A stretch of DNA of 64,000 nucleotides. Origin: an uncultured virus (IMG/VR IMGVR_UViG_2140918032_000035). Lineage: Duplodnaviria; Heunggongvirae; Uroviricota; Caudoviricetes. The stretch is from the IMG/VR virus record IMGVR_UViG_2140918032_000035. One strand, given 5' to 3'. Positions 24,172-34,079 of this stretch are shown here, piece after piece. The notes beneath the pieces were generated by a model, which was not told the origin of the DNA, made no database searches, and worked only from the letters and a program-made list of their open reading frames with translations. Every line of letters starts with the position of its first letter. The stretch's first letter is position 1. A program made the position numbers and the translations under genes.

Positions 24172-24504
24172 TCACGAGAGCCTGAGTTCATCAATGCTTT
24201 GGAAGATCGGCTTTCTCGGAGGCAGTGACATTATCAGTTCGACGAACTTGTCGATCTTGTCCTTGGTATCCAGGACGATAGCATCGCCGCCTGCCATGCG
24301 GATCTCCTTCATAGTGATCCTTTGCAGTTCTCTTGCCTTTTCTCCCGGAGCCTTGGTCTCGACGAATATCGCGTATCCGTTCAGGACTACCGTTCTGTCG
24401 GGAAGACCTGAGGATCCCGACGACTCCCATTTTTCAATGAAGCCACCGTTCTCCAAGACTCTCCTTCTTAAATGCTTTTCTACTGCACCTTCCGGCTTAC
24501 CCAT
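24172..24504 (-). CDS. VRR-NUC domain nuclease
   Basis: EGAVEKHL, GLPDR, FVETKAPG, LQ motifs. Confidence 0.9.
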   Translation of the reverse strand: MGKPEGAVEKHLRRRVLENGGFIEKWESSGSSGLPDRTVVLNGYAIFVETKAPGEKARELQRITMKEIRMAGGDAIVLDTKDKIDKFVELIMSLPPRKPIFQSIDELRLS

Positions 24505-24507
24505 AAC

Positions 24508-25908
24508 TTATACCTCGAACGGCAATTCACCGGTGTCTTCTGAGAATGGCAGGCTACCATCGCCCGCCGGAGGAGTGGTGTCCTTCGGAGGCGTGGTACC
24601 AGCTGTCTTATTGCGGCAGTACAGCCTTACACGGCCGTAACCCGGCAGGTTGCCCTGTCTCTTCTTGTTATAACCGAGGATCTGAAGTTCTCTGGCGATG
24701 GATCTCGCGGTCTTGGAGTCCATCGTATGATCGTGCATACCCATCATCTCGCACCAGATCTCGTTAGTAGAGACGCACTCAACCATTTCGTGATCGTTGT
24801 CAGGGTTCTTGACATACTCGGTATAGTGAGCGAACTTGGAAGTCTTGTCTCTGGTCTCCCAATCGGCGGGACGGGGCATTCTGAGGAAAGTCTCAAGGTC
24901 GGAGAGGTTATCGTCACGGCATACATAGTTGCTGTTGATCTCTCTCTGCTGCTCTCTGATCTCTTCGTCGAGCCTCTTGTAATCGATGCCTTCACGGTAC
25001 AGAGCGACCATTTCACCGATGATGAGCTCCACAGTCTCTTCCGTTATTGTGAAGACTGATTTCTTCTGTCTCTCTGCACTGCATTCCAGGATGACGAATC
25101 TTCTGTTGTCCTTGTCCTGGAACAAGTCGCTGCTGTTATTGGTAGTACCGACGAATACTGTACGACGGGGCATAGCTTCGACATGTTTCTCGTACTTCGG
25201 GCGGTAGTCATCTACCTGAGTGGTGATGAATGCCTTTAAGGTGTTCTCGTCGGTCTTGCTGATCTGCTTCATCTCCTGGATCTCAGCAAGCCAGATGCCT
25301 TTATACAGTCTTTCGAGTGCGAGCTCTGTGCCGAACATCGAGAAGTCCAAAGTGTCATTGAAGAATGCTCCGCCGAGCTTGCCAAGGAAGGTGGACTTAC
25401 CGAGTCCCTGTTCTCCGGAGAATACGATGAATGTGTCATACTTTGTACCGGGATTAAAGGCTCTTGCGATCAGACCGTAGGTGAACATCTGGGTTACCTT
25501 TTCGGTGAACTCGGTATCTTCGCATCCGAGATAATCGACGAACATCTTACCGAGGTTCTTCGGCTTACCCTTATCGTGCCACAGCTTTTCTGCAGCTTCC
25601 AATCTCTCCAGAAGGGGATCGAATTCGTGCTCGTGGCAGGCAACTGACAGTGCTGAAGACACGAGTTCCGTGCTTACGGGCACATGGTATCTTTCAAACG
25701 ACTTCTCAATGTCGCCTCTGATGTGGGCTACTGCATTGTCGGTGACCTTATTGCCGTTGATGAACTCTTCGTTTGACCACTTGTTGTATGTGCACTGATA
25801 ATTAGCGTCGATCAGAGGTGCCACATTGGCCATTGTAAAGACGGGGACTTTGCCTCTTGAAGTTGTCTTCAGAGTAAAACTCTGAGGAATAGTAAAACTC
25901 TTAAACAT
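24508..25908 (-). CDS. VirE-like P-loop ATPase (phage primase-associated helicase)
   Basis: ARAFNPGTKYD, GEQGLGKST, EIQEM, LKAFIT, VFVGTTN, DNRRF. Confidence 0.9.
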   Translation of the reverse strand: MFKSFTIPQSFTLKTTSRGKVPVFTMANVAPLIDANYQCTYNKWSNEEFINGNKVTDNAVAHIRGDIEKSFERYHVPVSTELVSSALSVACHEHEFDPLLERLEAAEKLWHDKGKPKNLGKMFVDYLGCEDTEFTEKVTQMFTYGLIARAFNPGTKYDTFIVFSGEQGLGKSTFLGKLGGAFFNDTLDFSMFGTELALERLYKGIWLAEIQEMKQISKTDENTLKAFITTQVDDYRPKYEKHVEAMPRRTVFVGTTNNSSDLFQDKDNRRFVILECSAERQKKSVFTITEETVELIIGEMVALYREGIDYKRLDEEIREQQREINSNYVCRDDNLSDLETFLRMPRPADWETRDKTSKFAHYTEYVKNPDNDHEMVECVSTNEIWCEMMGMHDHTMDSKTARSIARELQILGYNKKRQGNLPGYGRVRLYCRNKTAGTTPPKDTTPPAGDGSLPFSEDTGELPFEV

Positions 25909-25996
25909 ATTAAACCCTTTCTTCGGAGCCGATTTTCCGTGTCCAAAATCCGCCCTTCCAAGGCTCCAAGTGTCAGAAGGGAGGAAGCAACTTTCT

Positions 25997-27991
25997 TTAC
26001 TCTTTCATGAAGAAGTCGCACTGATAACCCTCTGCTTTGAGGGGCAGTCCCGTATAGGGTTCTGCGGCAGAAGCCATTATCTTCGCGATCTCGTCAACAC
26101 ATTCAGTCGGATACTCGATAACCGCTTCGTCGTGAATGTGCATAACCACAGGGTAACCCGAATCCTGCAGTTTGCCCAAGGCTGATACCAGGATGTCCCT
26201 GGCGATTCCCTGGACGATATTCTCAAGGCACTTACCGCCATAGAGATCTGTTTCACCGCGGGCAGAACGATAAACGATCTTGTTCGTGCCCGGCTCTATA
26301 TGGATATAAGGGTAGATGAGCTTTCTCTTTGTGAGAGGAAGTTCGATCTCCAGCTGATATGCGTCATCATAAGGCAGCTTGATGCAGCTTACCGTTAACT
26401 GTGCTTCCGGACAGGTAGGTACCGTCCAGGTGCGTGTCAGAGCCTTGCGTCCGCCGTTAGGTCCCGGTATGACATCTCTGCAGAAGTCTTCGATCTTATA
26501 CCAGAAAGACTTTGTATGAGGATTGGCGTTACGCCAGGTATCTACCATCTTCTTTTCCTGGTCCTGCGACATGCCGAGTGATGAACCGCCCATTCTCTCG
26601 AATGCACCTACGCCGCCCTGGTAACCGCACGCGAGAGTGGCAACCTTACCGATCGCACGGAGTTCTGAGTTCTCGCCGTGCTTCTCGACCTTGACGGGCT
26701 TGCCTCTCAGGATAGTAAACATCTGGGCTGCCGTTTCGCAATAGATGTCCTTGCCCTGGGCAAAAGCATCCAGAACCCACTGTTCACCTGTAAGCCAGGC
26801 TGTCACTCTGGCCTCGATGGCCGAGTAATCCGCATCTGAGAATGTCTTTCCCTCGCCGGGAACGAATGCCGTGCGGATAAGTTCGCCGATGTCAGATAAC
26901 ATCGAGTAACTGAACTGCGGTTCACCCATATAGTAGGCTCTTGCCTTTGCAGGATCCTCAAAGTGATTCTTCTTGAGGTTCTGTAACTGCACGAGCTTGC
27001 TTGCAAATCTTCCGGTACCTGCGCCATAGAACTTAAAGAGTCCTCTGACTCTGTGATCGGCACAGGCGCAATCCATTATCTTGTCATACTTGGTCACTGC
27101 CGACTGAGAGAGGGAAGACCTGAGCATCAGTATCTTCTTCTTATCTTCAGGTGTGTTCGGATCGTCGCAGAGTGCCTGGGCAGCCTTTTGGTCCAAGGAT
27201 CCTTCGATGTCAAGCAGTGACTTTAATTGCGGGACGGAGTTGGTGTTGGCGATAGGCGGCTTGCCGTGGTCAGCTGCATACTGATCACAGAGGGCGATGA
27301 GAGCACCTGCACCGGTTTCCTTGAAATCGTTGGAGAGCTCTATCATCTTTTCTACCATTGCCATATCGACTGCGACACCGCGATCGTTGATACGCTCTGA
27401 GATCTGGTACTCTACAAAGAGCTTCGGATACAGGGAACGGGACATTTCGAGGAGCTTGTTCCAGATGGCACGCTCGGCTTCGACATCCTGACGGTTGTAT
27501 TCCTTGTAATCAAGCCAATCCTGATCGACGGGAATGGTACTCATGTCAACATATCTGCCGGTGGCAAACTTCTTGATAAGAGCCTTACCTCTCTTGTCCT
27601 TCTGGAAGTTGCCGGGAAGACGCAATGCCTTGCCCAACTCTTCGAGGGAACCGGGGAGGTTCAGGTAGTTGCCTAAAACGAGAGTACATCCCCAACCCTT
27701 CGGATCAATATAGTGTTCCAGGCCGTTAAACTCCTGCGAGAAGCAAATACGCTCGAACGACGCGTTGTGAATGATCTTAGGCTGGTCGGGATTTAAGATG
27801 GCTTCCTTGATGTGAAAGGGGATCTGGTCTCCGTGAGCCAGGTCTAAAGTTACTATCGGCTGGTCGTCATAAGCATAAGACATTAACTGAATGCCAAAGA
27901 CGGGAGATTCTACATATCTATATACACCCTGTTCATTCAGATCTACATCTGACTGAGTCTCTATATCTATATGTAAGATACTCTTAGCCAT
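25997..27991 (-). CDS. Phage-type family A DNA polymerase with 3'-5' exonuclease
   Basis: HIDIET, HNASFE, motif A DYSAIEARV, motif B RAIGKVATLACGY, motif C HIHDE. Confidence 0.95.
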   Translation of the reverse strand: MAKSILHIDIETQSDVDLNEQGVYRYVESPVFGIQLMSYAYDDQPIVTLDLAHGDQIPFHIKEAILNPDQPKIIHNASFERICFSQEFNGLEHYIDPKGWGCTLVLGNYLNLPGSLEELGKALRLPGNFQKDKRGKALIKKFATGRYVDMSTIPVDQDWLDYKEYNRQDVEAERAIWNKLLEMSRSLYPKLFVEYQISERINDRGVAVDMAMVEKMIELSNDFKETGAGALIALCDQYAADHGKPPIANTNSVPQLKSLLDIEGSLDQKAAQALCDDPNTPEDKKKILMLRSSLSQSAVTKYDKIMDCACADHRVRGLFKFYGAGTGRFASKLVQLQNLKKNHFEDPAKARAYYMGEPQFSYSMLSDIGELIRTAFVPGEGKTFSDADYSAIEARVTAWLTGEQWVLDAFAQGKDIYCETAAQMFTILRGKPVKVEKHGENSELRAIGKVATLACGYQGGVGAFERMGGSSLGMSQDQEKKMVDTWRNANPHTKSFWYKIEDFCRDVIPGPNGGRKALTRTWTVPTCPEAQLTVSCIKLPYDDAYQLEIELPLTKRKLIYPYIHIEPGTNKIVYRSARGETDLYGGKCLENIVQGIARDILVSALGKLQDSGYPVVMHIHDEAVIEYPTECVDEIAKIMASAAEPYTGLPLKAEGYQCDFFMKE

Positions 27992-28095
27992 AGGTTCTTT
28001 TCCTTTCGTCGCCGTGTCTGTTATAAGTATAACCTCGTTTCCGGCAAACTCAACGAGAACATCCGTAAAAGTTCTTTACACTATTTTGGTAAACC

Positions 28096-28540
28096 TGCAC
28101 AAACAGATTATAGGCTTTTTCTCTTGACGAACTTTTGTACGGTTTTTGCTTTCTGAAGACATGTTTAAATTGTCGAAAACAGGGCCAAATTCTTGCATAA
28201 TCTGTTACATCTTGCTATACAAGTTGCACAACCGTCTTATATAGGGCTTTGTGCATATTTAACAGAAGATGTATCGACTTGTGCAATCTTGCACAGACTT
28301 GCACAGATCTGTGCAGACATCTGTGCATAGCTTCGAGGCCAATAATGCTAAGGCTTTGAAGGATTCGCTGCACAGATGCACAGATGTTTTCGACATTCTT
28401 TTTTCTGGGTGTTTGATTGTCAGACGGGTTTATAGAAATGTGGTGTGTTATCTGTGCATGGCACTTCCTTATCTTGTGCAAACGNNNNNNNNNNTGCCGG
28501 GCAAGGCTTTGCGGGCTGCACAGACCGTGTGCACAGATGC
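28096..28540. repeat. Cluster of TGCACA(GA) direct and inverted repeats; candidate replication origin
   Basis: About a dozen TGCACA/TGTGCA copies in the non-coding region upstream of the polymerase; contains a 10-N gap (28485-28494). Confidence 0.6.
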
Positions 28541-28706
28541 CGGTTGTGTGACATTTTCAAGTTTTTCAGGCTGTTGTCCTATTATTGGGACTGTTTTGCC
28601 TTTGTCGGTCTTTCATTTTGTCGGATAACGCATTATAATATGTATAGAACGAGGTTTTACACCAAGGTTATACTAATAGTATGAAATCGAAAGGAGATTT
28701 CCCCCA

Positions 28707-29720
28707 ATGTCACTCAAGCATTTCAGGTGGAACAAGGTGTTTCCACCATTAGATAAGGAAAAGGTCAAGAAGTCTGTCGGCAAGTCTGTTAAGGAAACAG
28801 CTATCGAGATTGTTATTGTTCTTGTCATTATTCTCGCTATCTGGATCTACCGCTGGTACGCTTCGACTAATCCTGAAACTGTTGCGTCCAATATCAATGA
28901 TGTGTTTACCTCTGAAACAACGGATGAGACTTCGTCTAATACTACAACAACCGGAACAACAGAAACCTCTATTTCAGAAGCGACCGATCCTTCTTCGGAG
29001 GTCTTTACGGATCCTGCCGAGACCGAACCGTGGGAATGGGGCAATGTTGCGACTGTCCAGCAGGTGAATGTACCGTCTAACCTTTACGCAGACGCTCTTG
29101 CAATCGACCTTACGACGCTCGGCGAAGATGATTGGGCTATTGCCTTAAATAATAATCAGCCTTACTTCCTCACAGAACCGGGCTTCGTCATTCCGGATCC
29201 GGATGATCCCGAAGCGTGCGTCTTTGAATACTATTCACCTCTCGATTCTCTCGGCAGATGCGGTCCTGCTTACGCCTGCATATCTTCTGCAGTAATGCCT
29301 TCCGAGGGTGCTGCCAGAGGAGACATCTCATCCATTTATCCGTCCGGCTGGAATCAGCTTGCTGCTTCTGACATCAGCGGCGGATGGCTTTATAACCGTT
29401 CACATCTGATCGCCTGGGCTTTGGCCGGTGAGAACGATAATCCTCTCAATCTCATTACGGGTACTTATGACTTTAATCACAGCGGTATGCTGTATTCCTG
29501 TGAAGAACCTGTGTTCTCTTATATGGACTCCTATCCGGATGCACATATCCTTTACCGTGTAACCCCTGTCTTCGCAGGTGATAATCTGGTAGCGAACGGT
29601 GTCGTTATCGAGGCTTGGTCCATCGAGGATAACGGCGGACTTTGTTTCTGTTATTTTGTTCCAAATGTTCAGGCCGGATACACGATCGACTATGCCACAG
29701 GTATCGCGACGGCGAACTGA
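28707..29720 (+). CDS. Membrane-anchored DNA/RNA non-specific endonuclease (EndA-like)
   Basis: TM helix, Thr-rich linker, LDSLGRC, YNRSHLIA, NLITGT, YRVTPVF. Confidence 0.88.
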   Translation: MSLKHFRWNKVFPPLDKEKVKKSVGKSVKETAIEIVIVLVIILAIWIYRWYASTNPETVASNINDVFTSETTDETSSNTTTTGTTETSISEATDPSSEVFTDPAETEPWEWGNVATVQQVNVPSNLYADALAIDLTTLGEDDWAIALNNNQPYFLTEPGFVIPDPDDPEACVFEYYSPLDSLGRCGPAYACISSAVMPSEGAARGDISSIYPSGWNQLAASDISGGWLYNRSHLIAWALAGENDNPLNLITGTYDFNHSGMLYSCEEPVFSYMDSYPDAHILYRVTPVFAGDNLVANGVVIEAWSIEDNGGLCFCYFVPNVQAGYTIDYATGIATAN

Positions 29721-29737
29721 TGAAAGGATGGCTTGTT

Positions 29738-29974
29738 ATGTTATATCTCGAATTCTATGATGCCAAGGTAACGCTTACTCCAGAAGAAGAACACGCTATC
29801 TATTCTGACTATTCCAAGGTGATGCGGCAGCTTCAGTTGCCAAGGGAAGATCCCGAATTTGACCAGGCTTCGGTCGTATCCCACTTTTTATATTTCATTG
29901 ATTCTTTCGGTCATCCGTCTGGACCTACGGCAGATGTTTTAGACCGTGTGAAGAGAAAGGCGGTATGTGTATGA
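29738..29974 (+). CDS. Hypothetical protein
   Basis: ATG after SD AAAGGA; fills operon gap. Confidence 0.55.
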   Translation: MLYLEFYDAKVTLTPEEEHAIYSDYSKVMRQLQLPREDPEFDQASVVSHFLYFIDSFGHPSGPTADVLDRVKRKAVCV

Positions 29975-30564
29975 CACCATCTAAATTGTGCTCTGACTTC
30001 ATGGCTGAATACAAGGCTATGGAGCAGGCGTTGTCTGACGCGGGCAAGACTGTCGCTGAGTATGAGCAGTCCTTGTCTGAGTCTGACAGAAGGAAGTTGC
30101 AGCTCTGCAGGCTGACTCGCAACTTCATCGCTCACGAGCCTGCGGGCTTTGCCGTTCCGACAGAAGCAATGATCGCTTTCGTGTCCGGTATTGCCCAGAA
30201 CTTCCACAGACAGAAGGCTAAGATCTGCGATGTCATGCAGCGTGTTCCCGCTGCTGAAGACAAGCTCAAGATCGACGAGATAGCCCGTCGTCTCACTGAC
30301 AAGAGACCTGCCATTCCGATCGTCAATTCCAACGGCGTATTCCTCGGTTTGTTCACCAAGGATTCTGTCGTGGATGCCGTTTCAACCAACTGTCTCAAGC
30401 TGACTTTATCCAGGCACAAGGGCATACTCGTCTCTTGTGTTACTATGCTGTGGAAAGAGCCTGCTGAGGATGCTCCCATCGGATGTGTCTGTGCGGTTGA
30501 CGAGAAGGGCCGATACAAGGGCTTGGTCTTTACGGCACCGAATGTTCTCCAGGATAAATCCTGA
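29965..30564 (+). CDS. HEPN-like + CBS domain protein
   Basis: R-x4-H motif RNFIAH in helical N-terminus; CBS pair (ICDVM...IPIVNSNGVFLGLFT...VDEKGRYKGLV). Confidence 0.65.
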   Translation: MCMTPSKLCSDFMAEYKAMEQALSDAGKTVAEYEQSLSESDRRKLQLCRLTRNFIAHEPAGFAVPTEAMIAFVSGIAQNFHRQKAKICDVMQRVPAAEDKLKIDEIARRLTDKRPAIPIVNSNGVFLGLFTKDSVVDAVSTNCLKLTLSRHKGILVSCVTMLWKEPAEDAPIGCVCAVDEKGRYKGLVFTAPNVLQDKS

Positions 30565-30737
30565 CAAAATAACAACCCCTCGGCGAGTGGGTTGGAGTTT
30601 GCCGAGGAGCCGTATAAGACGCTGGGTTTAATATGTCTCTAACCGCATTCTACATTTTCTGTTACATTTTTGCAAGAGGATTGTCCATTTTATAGGACTT
30701 TTGAGCAGATAAGAAAGAACAATATGAGGTGAAAGCC

Positions 30738-30893
30738 GTGGATTTTTACTTGACCATTTACGCTCAGCACTGCTGCAGATGCCCGTACAGGAACACTGAT
30801 TGCAAGTATGCTGGGTGTTCCCAGGAGCAGTTCGAGAAGTGGCGGGAAGAAGCCAGAAATCAGATAAATCAAACTCACCAGGAGGATAAATAA
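30738..30893 (+). CDS. Small Cys-rich protein (51 aa, not in ORF track)
   Basis: SD GAGGTG, GTG start, HCCRCPYRNTDCKYAGC; ends 3 nt before the topB start. Confidence 0.5.
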   Translation: MDFYLTIYAQHCCRCPYRNTDCKYAGCSQEQFEKWREEARNQINQTHQEDK

Positions 30894-30896
30894 ATC

Positions 30897-33278
30897 ATGA
30901 AAGTTATCGTTGCTGAAAAGCCCTCGGTAGCACGAGGCATTGCTGACATCGTAGGAGCCAAGTTTTCTTATGACGGGTATCTCGAAGGCTCGGGATACTG
31001 CGTTACCTGGGCCCGCGGTCACCTTGTCGAACTGTGGCCCGACCTCAAGGACTATAACCCGGATTGGGAGAAGTGGGACATAGATTCTCTGCCCCTGATC
31101 CCGGAGATGTTCAGGTACCGTGTGTCTTCTGAAGACGGTGCCCGTGCTCAGTTCAATGTCATCAAGAAGCTCATCAATGATCCGGACTGCGAAGAAGTTA
31201 TTTGTGCGACTGATGCCGGACGCGAAGGTGAGCTCATCTTCCGTCTGATCTATAACGAAGCTCATTGCAGGACTCCTTTCACGAGACTTTGGGTATCTTC
31301 TCTGGAGGAGTCTTCCATCCGCGAAGGTCTCGCCAATCTCCGTCCCGGCAGTGACTATGACGATCTGTACGACGCGGCCCGTGCGAGACAGCAGTATGAC
31401 TTCGTGATGGGCACTAACCTCTCCAGGTATTACACTTGCAAGTATCATGCCAAGGTCATCTACGGCCGTGTTCTCACCGTTACGCTCAACTTCATCGTCA
31501 AGCGTGACGAAGAGATAGAGAACTTTAAGCCTGTACCTTACTATGTGCTCAATGCCGATCTCGGAGGCTTCACGGCATCTCATCGCGAAGACGATAAGGA
31601 TGCTGCAGATAAGTGCCTGGCTGATTGTCAGGGCCAGCCTGCCAGAGTGCTGTCTGTTGAGACTAAAGAGGTAAAGACCAAGCCGGATCCTCTCTACGAT
31701 CTCACATCTCTGCAGAGAGACTGCAATAAGATCTTCGGCTATACAGCTGCCCAGACATTGGCTATCCTTCAGAGTCTTTATGAGGCCCGTCTGGCTTCTT
31801 ATCCGAGAACAGCGAGCAAGTACATCACCGCCGCTCAGGCAGATTCCACGCGTGCTCTTGTCGATCACCTCAGGACATCCGGTGTGGTTGTCGGGGTACC
31901 CGCTTTCGACTCCAATATCCAGGCTATCGTCAACGACAGTGGGGTGACTGATCACCACGGTATCCTGCCTACGACTGAGGTAACTTCTGCTATTATGGAC
32001 ACATTGTCTGAAGAGCAGCGTAATGTTCTTATCATGGTCATTTACCGTCTGATGGCTGCTGTTGCTCCCGTTGCTGTTCACAAGGCGACTAAGGCACTGT
32101 TTGACATTGCCGGCTACGAGTTTAAGGCAGAAGGTAAAGAGATAATATCGTCTGGATTCAAGGCGGTCATTGTTGCCAAGTACCGTGCGTTGGGCAAGGT
32201 TGCCTCCGAGACAGAGAACATATTGCTGCCTCTTTCTGAGGGTGATAACCGTCAGGTTCAGGCTCTCGACATGTCAGAGAGGGAGACTACTCCTCCTGCG
32301 AGATATACGGAGAACACTCTGCTTGGTATGATGGAGACATGCGGTAAGGGTATTGATGACGAGGATCTCAAAGCAGCTCTCAAGGGCAAGGGTGTCGGAA
32401 CTCCGGCTACGCGTGCTGACATCATCGAGAAGCTCATCAACAAGTACAAGTATGTCGAGCGTCAGGGCACTAAGCTCATATCCACTCAGGCAGGTCGTGA
32501 TGTCATTGCCGTTACGGATCCCGAGCTCGCTCTTCCGGATCTCACTGCCAAGTGGGAGTCTCAGCTGACTGATATGGCTGAAGGCAAACTGCCTTTTGAA
32601 CTCTTCGCGTGCAATGTCTCTGACTTCCTTTCGGATTTCATAGCGACGCATAAAGACGCAGCTCCGGTCAAGGACATCTCACAGTCCTCAGGCGAGAAAG
32701 AGGTCCTGGGCAAGTGTCCCAAGTGCGGTCGCGATGTCGTCGAGAACAAGGCCGGGTACGGTTGTACCGGAGGCAAAGATGTCTGCAATTTCATCATCTG
32801 GAAGACTGCAGGTTCCCAGGAGCATCCCAAGACCGTCACTCCTGCTCAGGCCAAGAAGATCCTGGCTAACGGCCGCTCCGATCTCATCAAGGGCTTCGTC
32901 GGCAAGTCCGGCAAGACATTTGATGCGTACCTCCGATTGAAGGACGATAAGAGCGGTGTCGAGTTCGATTTCGGCGATAAGATCTCTGAAGACACACCTG
33001 CGTTTGGCAAGTGTCCGCTGTGCGGCGGAGATGTGTACGCCAAGCCCAAGGGGTGGTCATGCTCAGCTGACGGATGCAACTTCATTATCTGGAAGACTGT
33101 CGGCAGTAAGGATCATCCGAAGGTGCTCTCCGATGCACAAGCCAAGAAACTCCTCACAGCCAAAAAGACTGATCTCATTAAGGGCTTTATCGGTAAGTCG
33201 GGAAAACCGTTCGACGCTTTCCTCGTGCTTCAGCCTGACGGCAAAGTCGGCTTCGAGTTCCCTCCTCGCAACAGATAA
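30897..33278 (+). CDS. topB: DNA topoisomerase III (type IA) with two C-terminal Zn-ribbon repeats
   Basis: AEKPSVA, GHL, ATDAGREGE, SYPRT catalytic Tyr, GTPATRA, repeated CP.CG...CNFIIWK...GF.GKSGK.FDA. Confidence 0.95.
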   Translation: MKVIVAEKPSVARGIADIVGAKFSYDGYLEGSGYCVTWARGHLVELWPDLKDYNPDWEKWDIDSLPLIPEMFRYRVSSEDGARAQFNVIKKLINDPDCEEVICATDAGREGELIFRLIYNEAHCRTPFTRLWVSSLEESSIREGLANLRPGSDYDDLYDAARARQQYDFVMGTNLSRYYTCKYHAKVIYGRVLTVTLNFIVKRDEEIENFKPVPYYVLNADLGGFTASHREDDKDAADKCLADCQGQPARVLSVETKEVKTKPDPLYDLTSLQRDCNKIFGYTAAQTLAILQSLYEARLASYPRTASKYITAAQADSTRALVDHLRTSGVVVGVPAFDSNIQAIVNDSGVTDHHGILPTTEVTSAIMDTLSEEQRNVLIMVIYRLMAAVAPVAVHKATKALFDIAGYEFKAEGKEIISSGFKAVIVAKYRALGKVASETENILLPLSEGDNRQVQALDMSERETTPPARYTENTLLGMMETCGKGIDDEDLKAALKGKGVGTPATRADIIEKLINKYKYVERQGTKLISTQAGRDVIAVTDPELALPDLTAKWESQLTDMAEGKLPFELFACNVSDFLSDFIATHKDAAPVKDISQSSGEKEVLGKCPKCGRDVVENKAGYGCTGGKDVCNFIIWKTAGSQEHPKTVTPAQAKKILANGRSDLIKGFVGKSGKTFDAYLRLKDDKSGVEFDFGDKISEDTPAFGKCPLCGGDVYAKPKGWSCSADGCNFIIWKTVGSKDHPKVLSDAQAKKLLTAKKTDLIKGFIGKSGKPFDAFLVLQPDGKVGFEFPPRNR

Positions 33279-33293
33279 GACGGGGGTGGGAAC

Positions 33294-33515
33294 ATGCTGC
33301 TTTGCCACCTCTTGGAATCAGCAACAGATATAGACTATGTCAGACTCGTTGATGGCTGGATGCCCAGCCGCAACATTCTCTATGATGGCGAGTATGCCCC
33401 GTTTGTCAAAAAGATGCGGAGGCGGGGCTGGGCGAACGCCAGCGTGATGAAGTGGGCGGTCGTCGGTCGTACCATTACAGTCGAGATCAACGCAGGGAGG
33501 AAATGCTGGCCGTAG
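33294..33515 (+). CDS. Hypothetical protein
   Basis: 73-aa ORF after SD GGGGTG. Confidence 0.5.
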   Translation: MLLCHLLESATDIDYVRLVDGWMPSRNILYDGEYAPFVKKMRRRGWANASVMKWAVVGRTITVEINAGRKCWP

Positions 33516-33552
33516 GCCGGAAAGGGCCGAGGAACCTCCCACAGCGACAACG

Positions 33553-33646
33553 AGTGAGTGTGCGGCGGCGCACAGTGGCGCTATCGCGTAGGACTGTCAG
33601 ACGCGGTTGGACAATCTGCGATTGAGACACTTAAACCAGCATACTG
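33553..33646 (+). repeat. 94-bp structured repeat, copy 1
   Basis: 87/94 identical to 61551-61644. Confidence 0.9.
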
Positions 33647-33691
33647 CGTGAGAGGCTCTTCGGCAGGTAAGAAGAACTCTAAAGGTATAGA

Positions 33692-34060
33692 TTATCTCGG
33701 CATTATCGGAGGGTATCCTACGCCGTCTCTTAATAAGAACACGCTTTGTATGTCGTGATTGTCTCTGCATACTTCTGTCATCGGCTGTATGCGGTTTGTA
33801 TAAGACGAATCCAGAGTTACTCTGCGCTGCTCTATCTCAGTTATGGTTTCTGTCATATTCACGGGATCGAGCCTGTTGACTACGGTCTCCAGGAAGTAGT
33901 GCAGCTGATAGTCGTCTTGGGCATACGCCTTTCTTACCAGGCGTTGTTCGTATCCGCCTGTATGGACATAGAATGGTTCGTTTAGTCCGAAGTTGTCCAG
34001 GATGTCTCGGACCGTCTGGCATTCAATGATGTGAGTCTGTAATCCGGGCGATGATTCCAT
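33692..34060 (-). CDS. Hypothetical protein
   Basis: ATG after SD AAGGAGG. Confidence 0.6.
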   Translation of the reverse strand: MESSPGLQTHIIECQTVRDILDNFGLNEPFYVHTGGYEQRLVRKAYAQDDYQLHYFLETVVNRLDPVNMTETITEIEQRRVTLDSSYTNRIQPMTEVCRDNHDIQSVFLLRDGVGYPPIMPR

Positions 34061-34079
34061 AATGATGTTCCTCCTTGTT

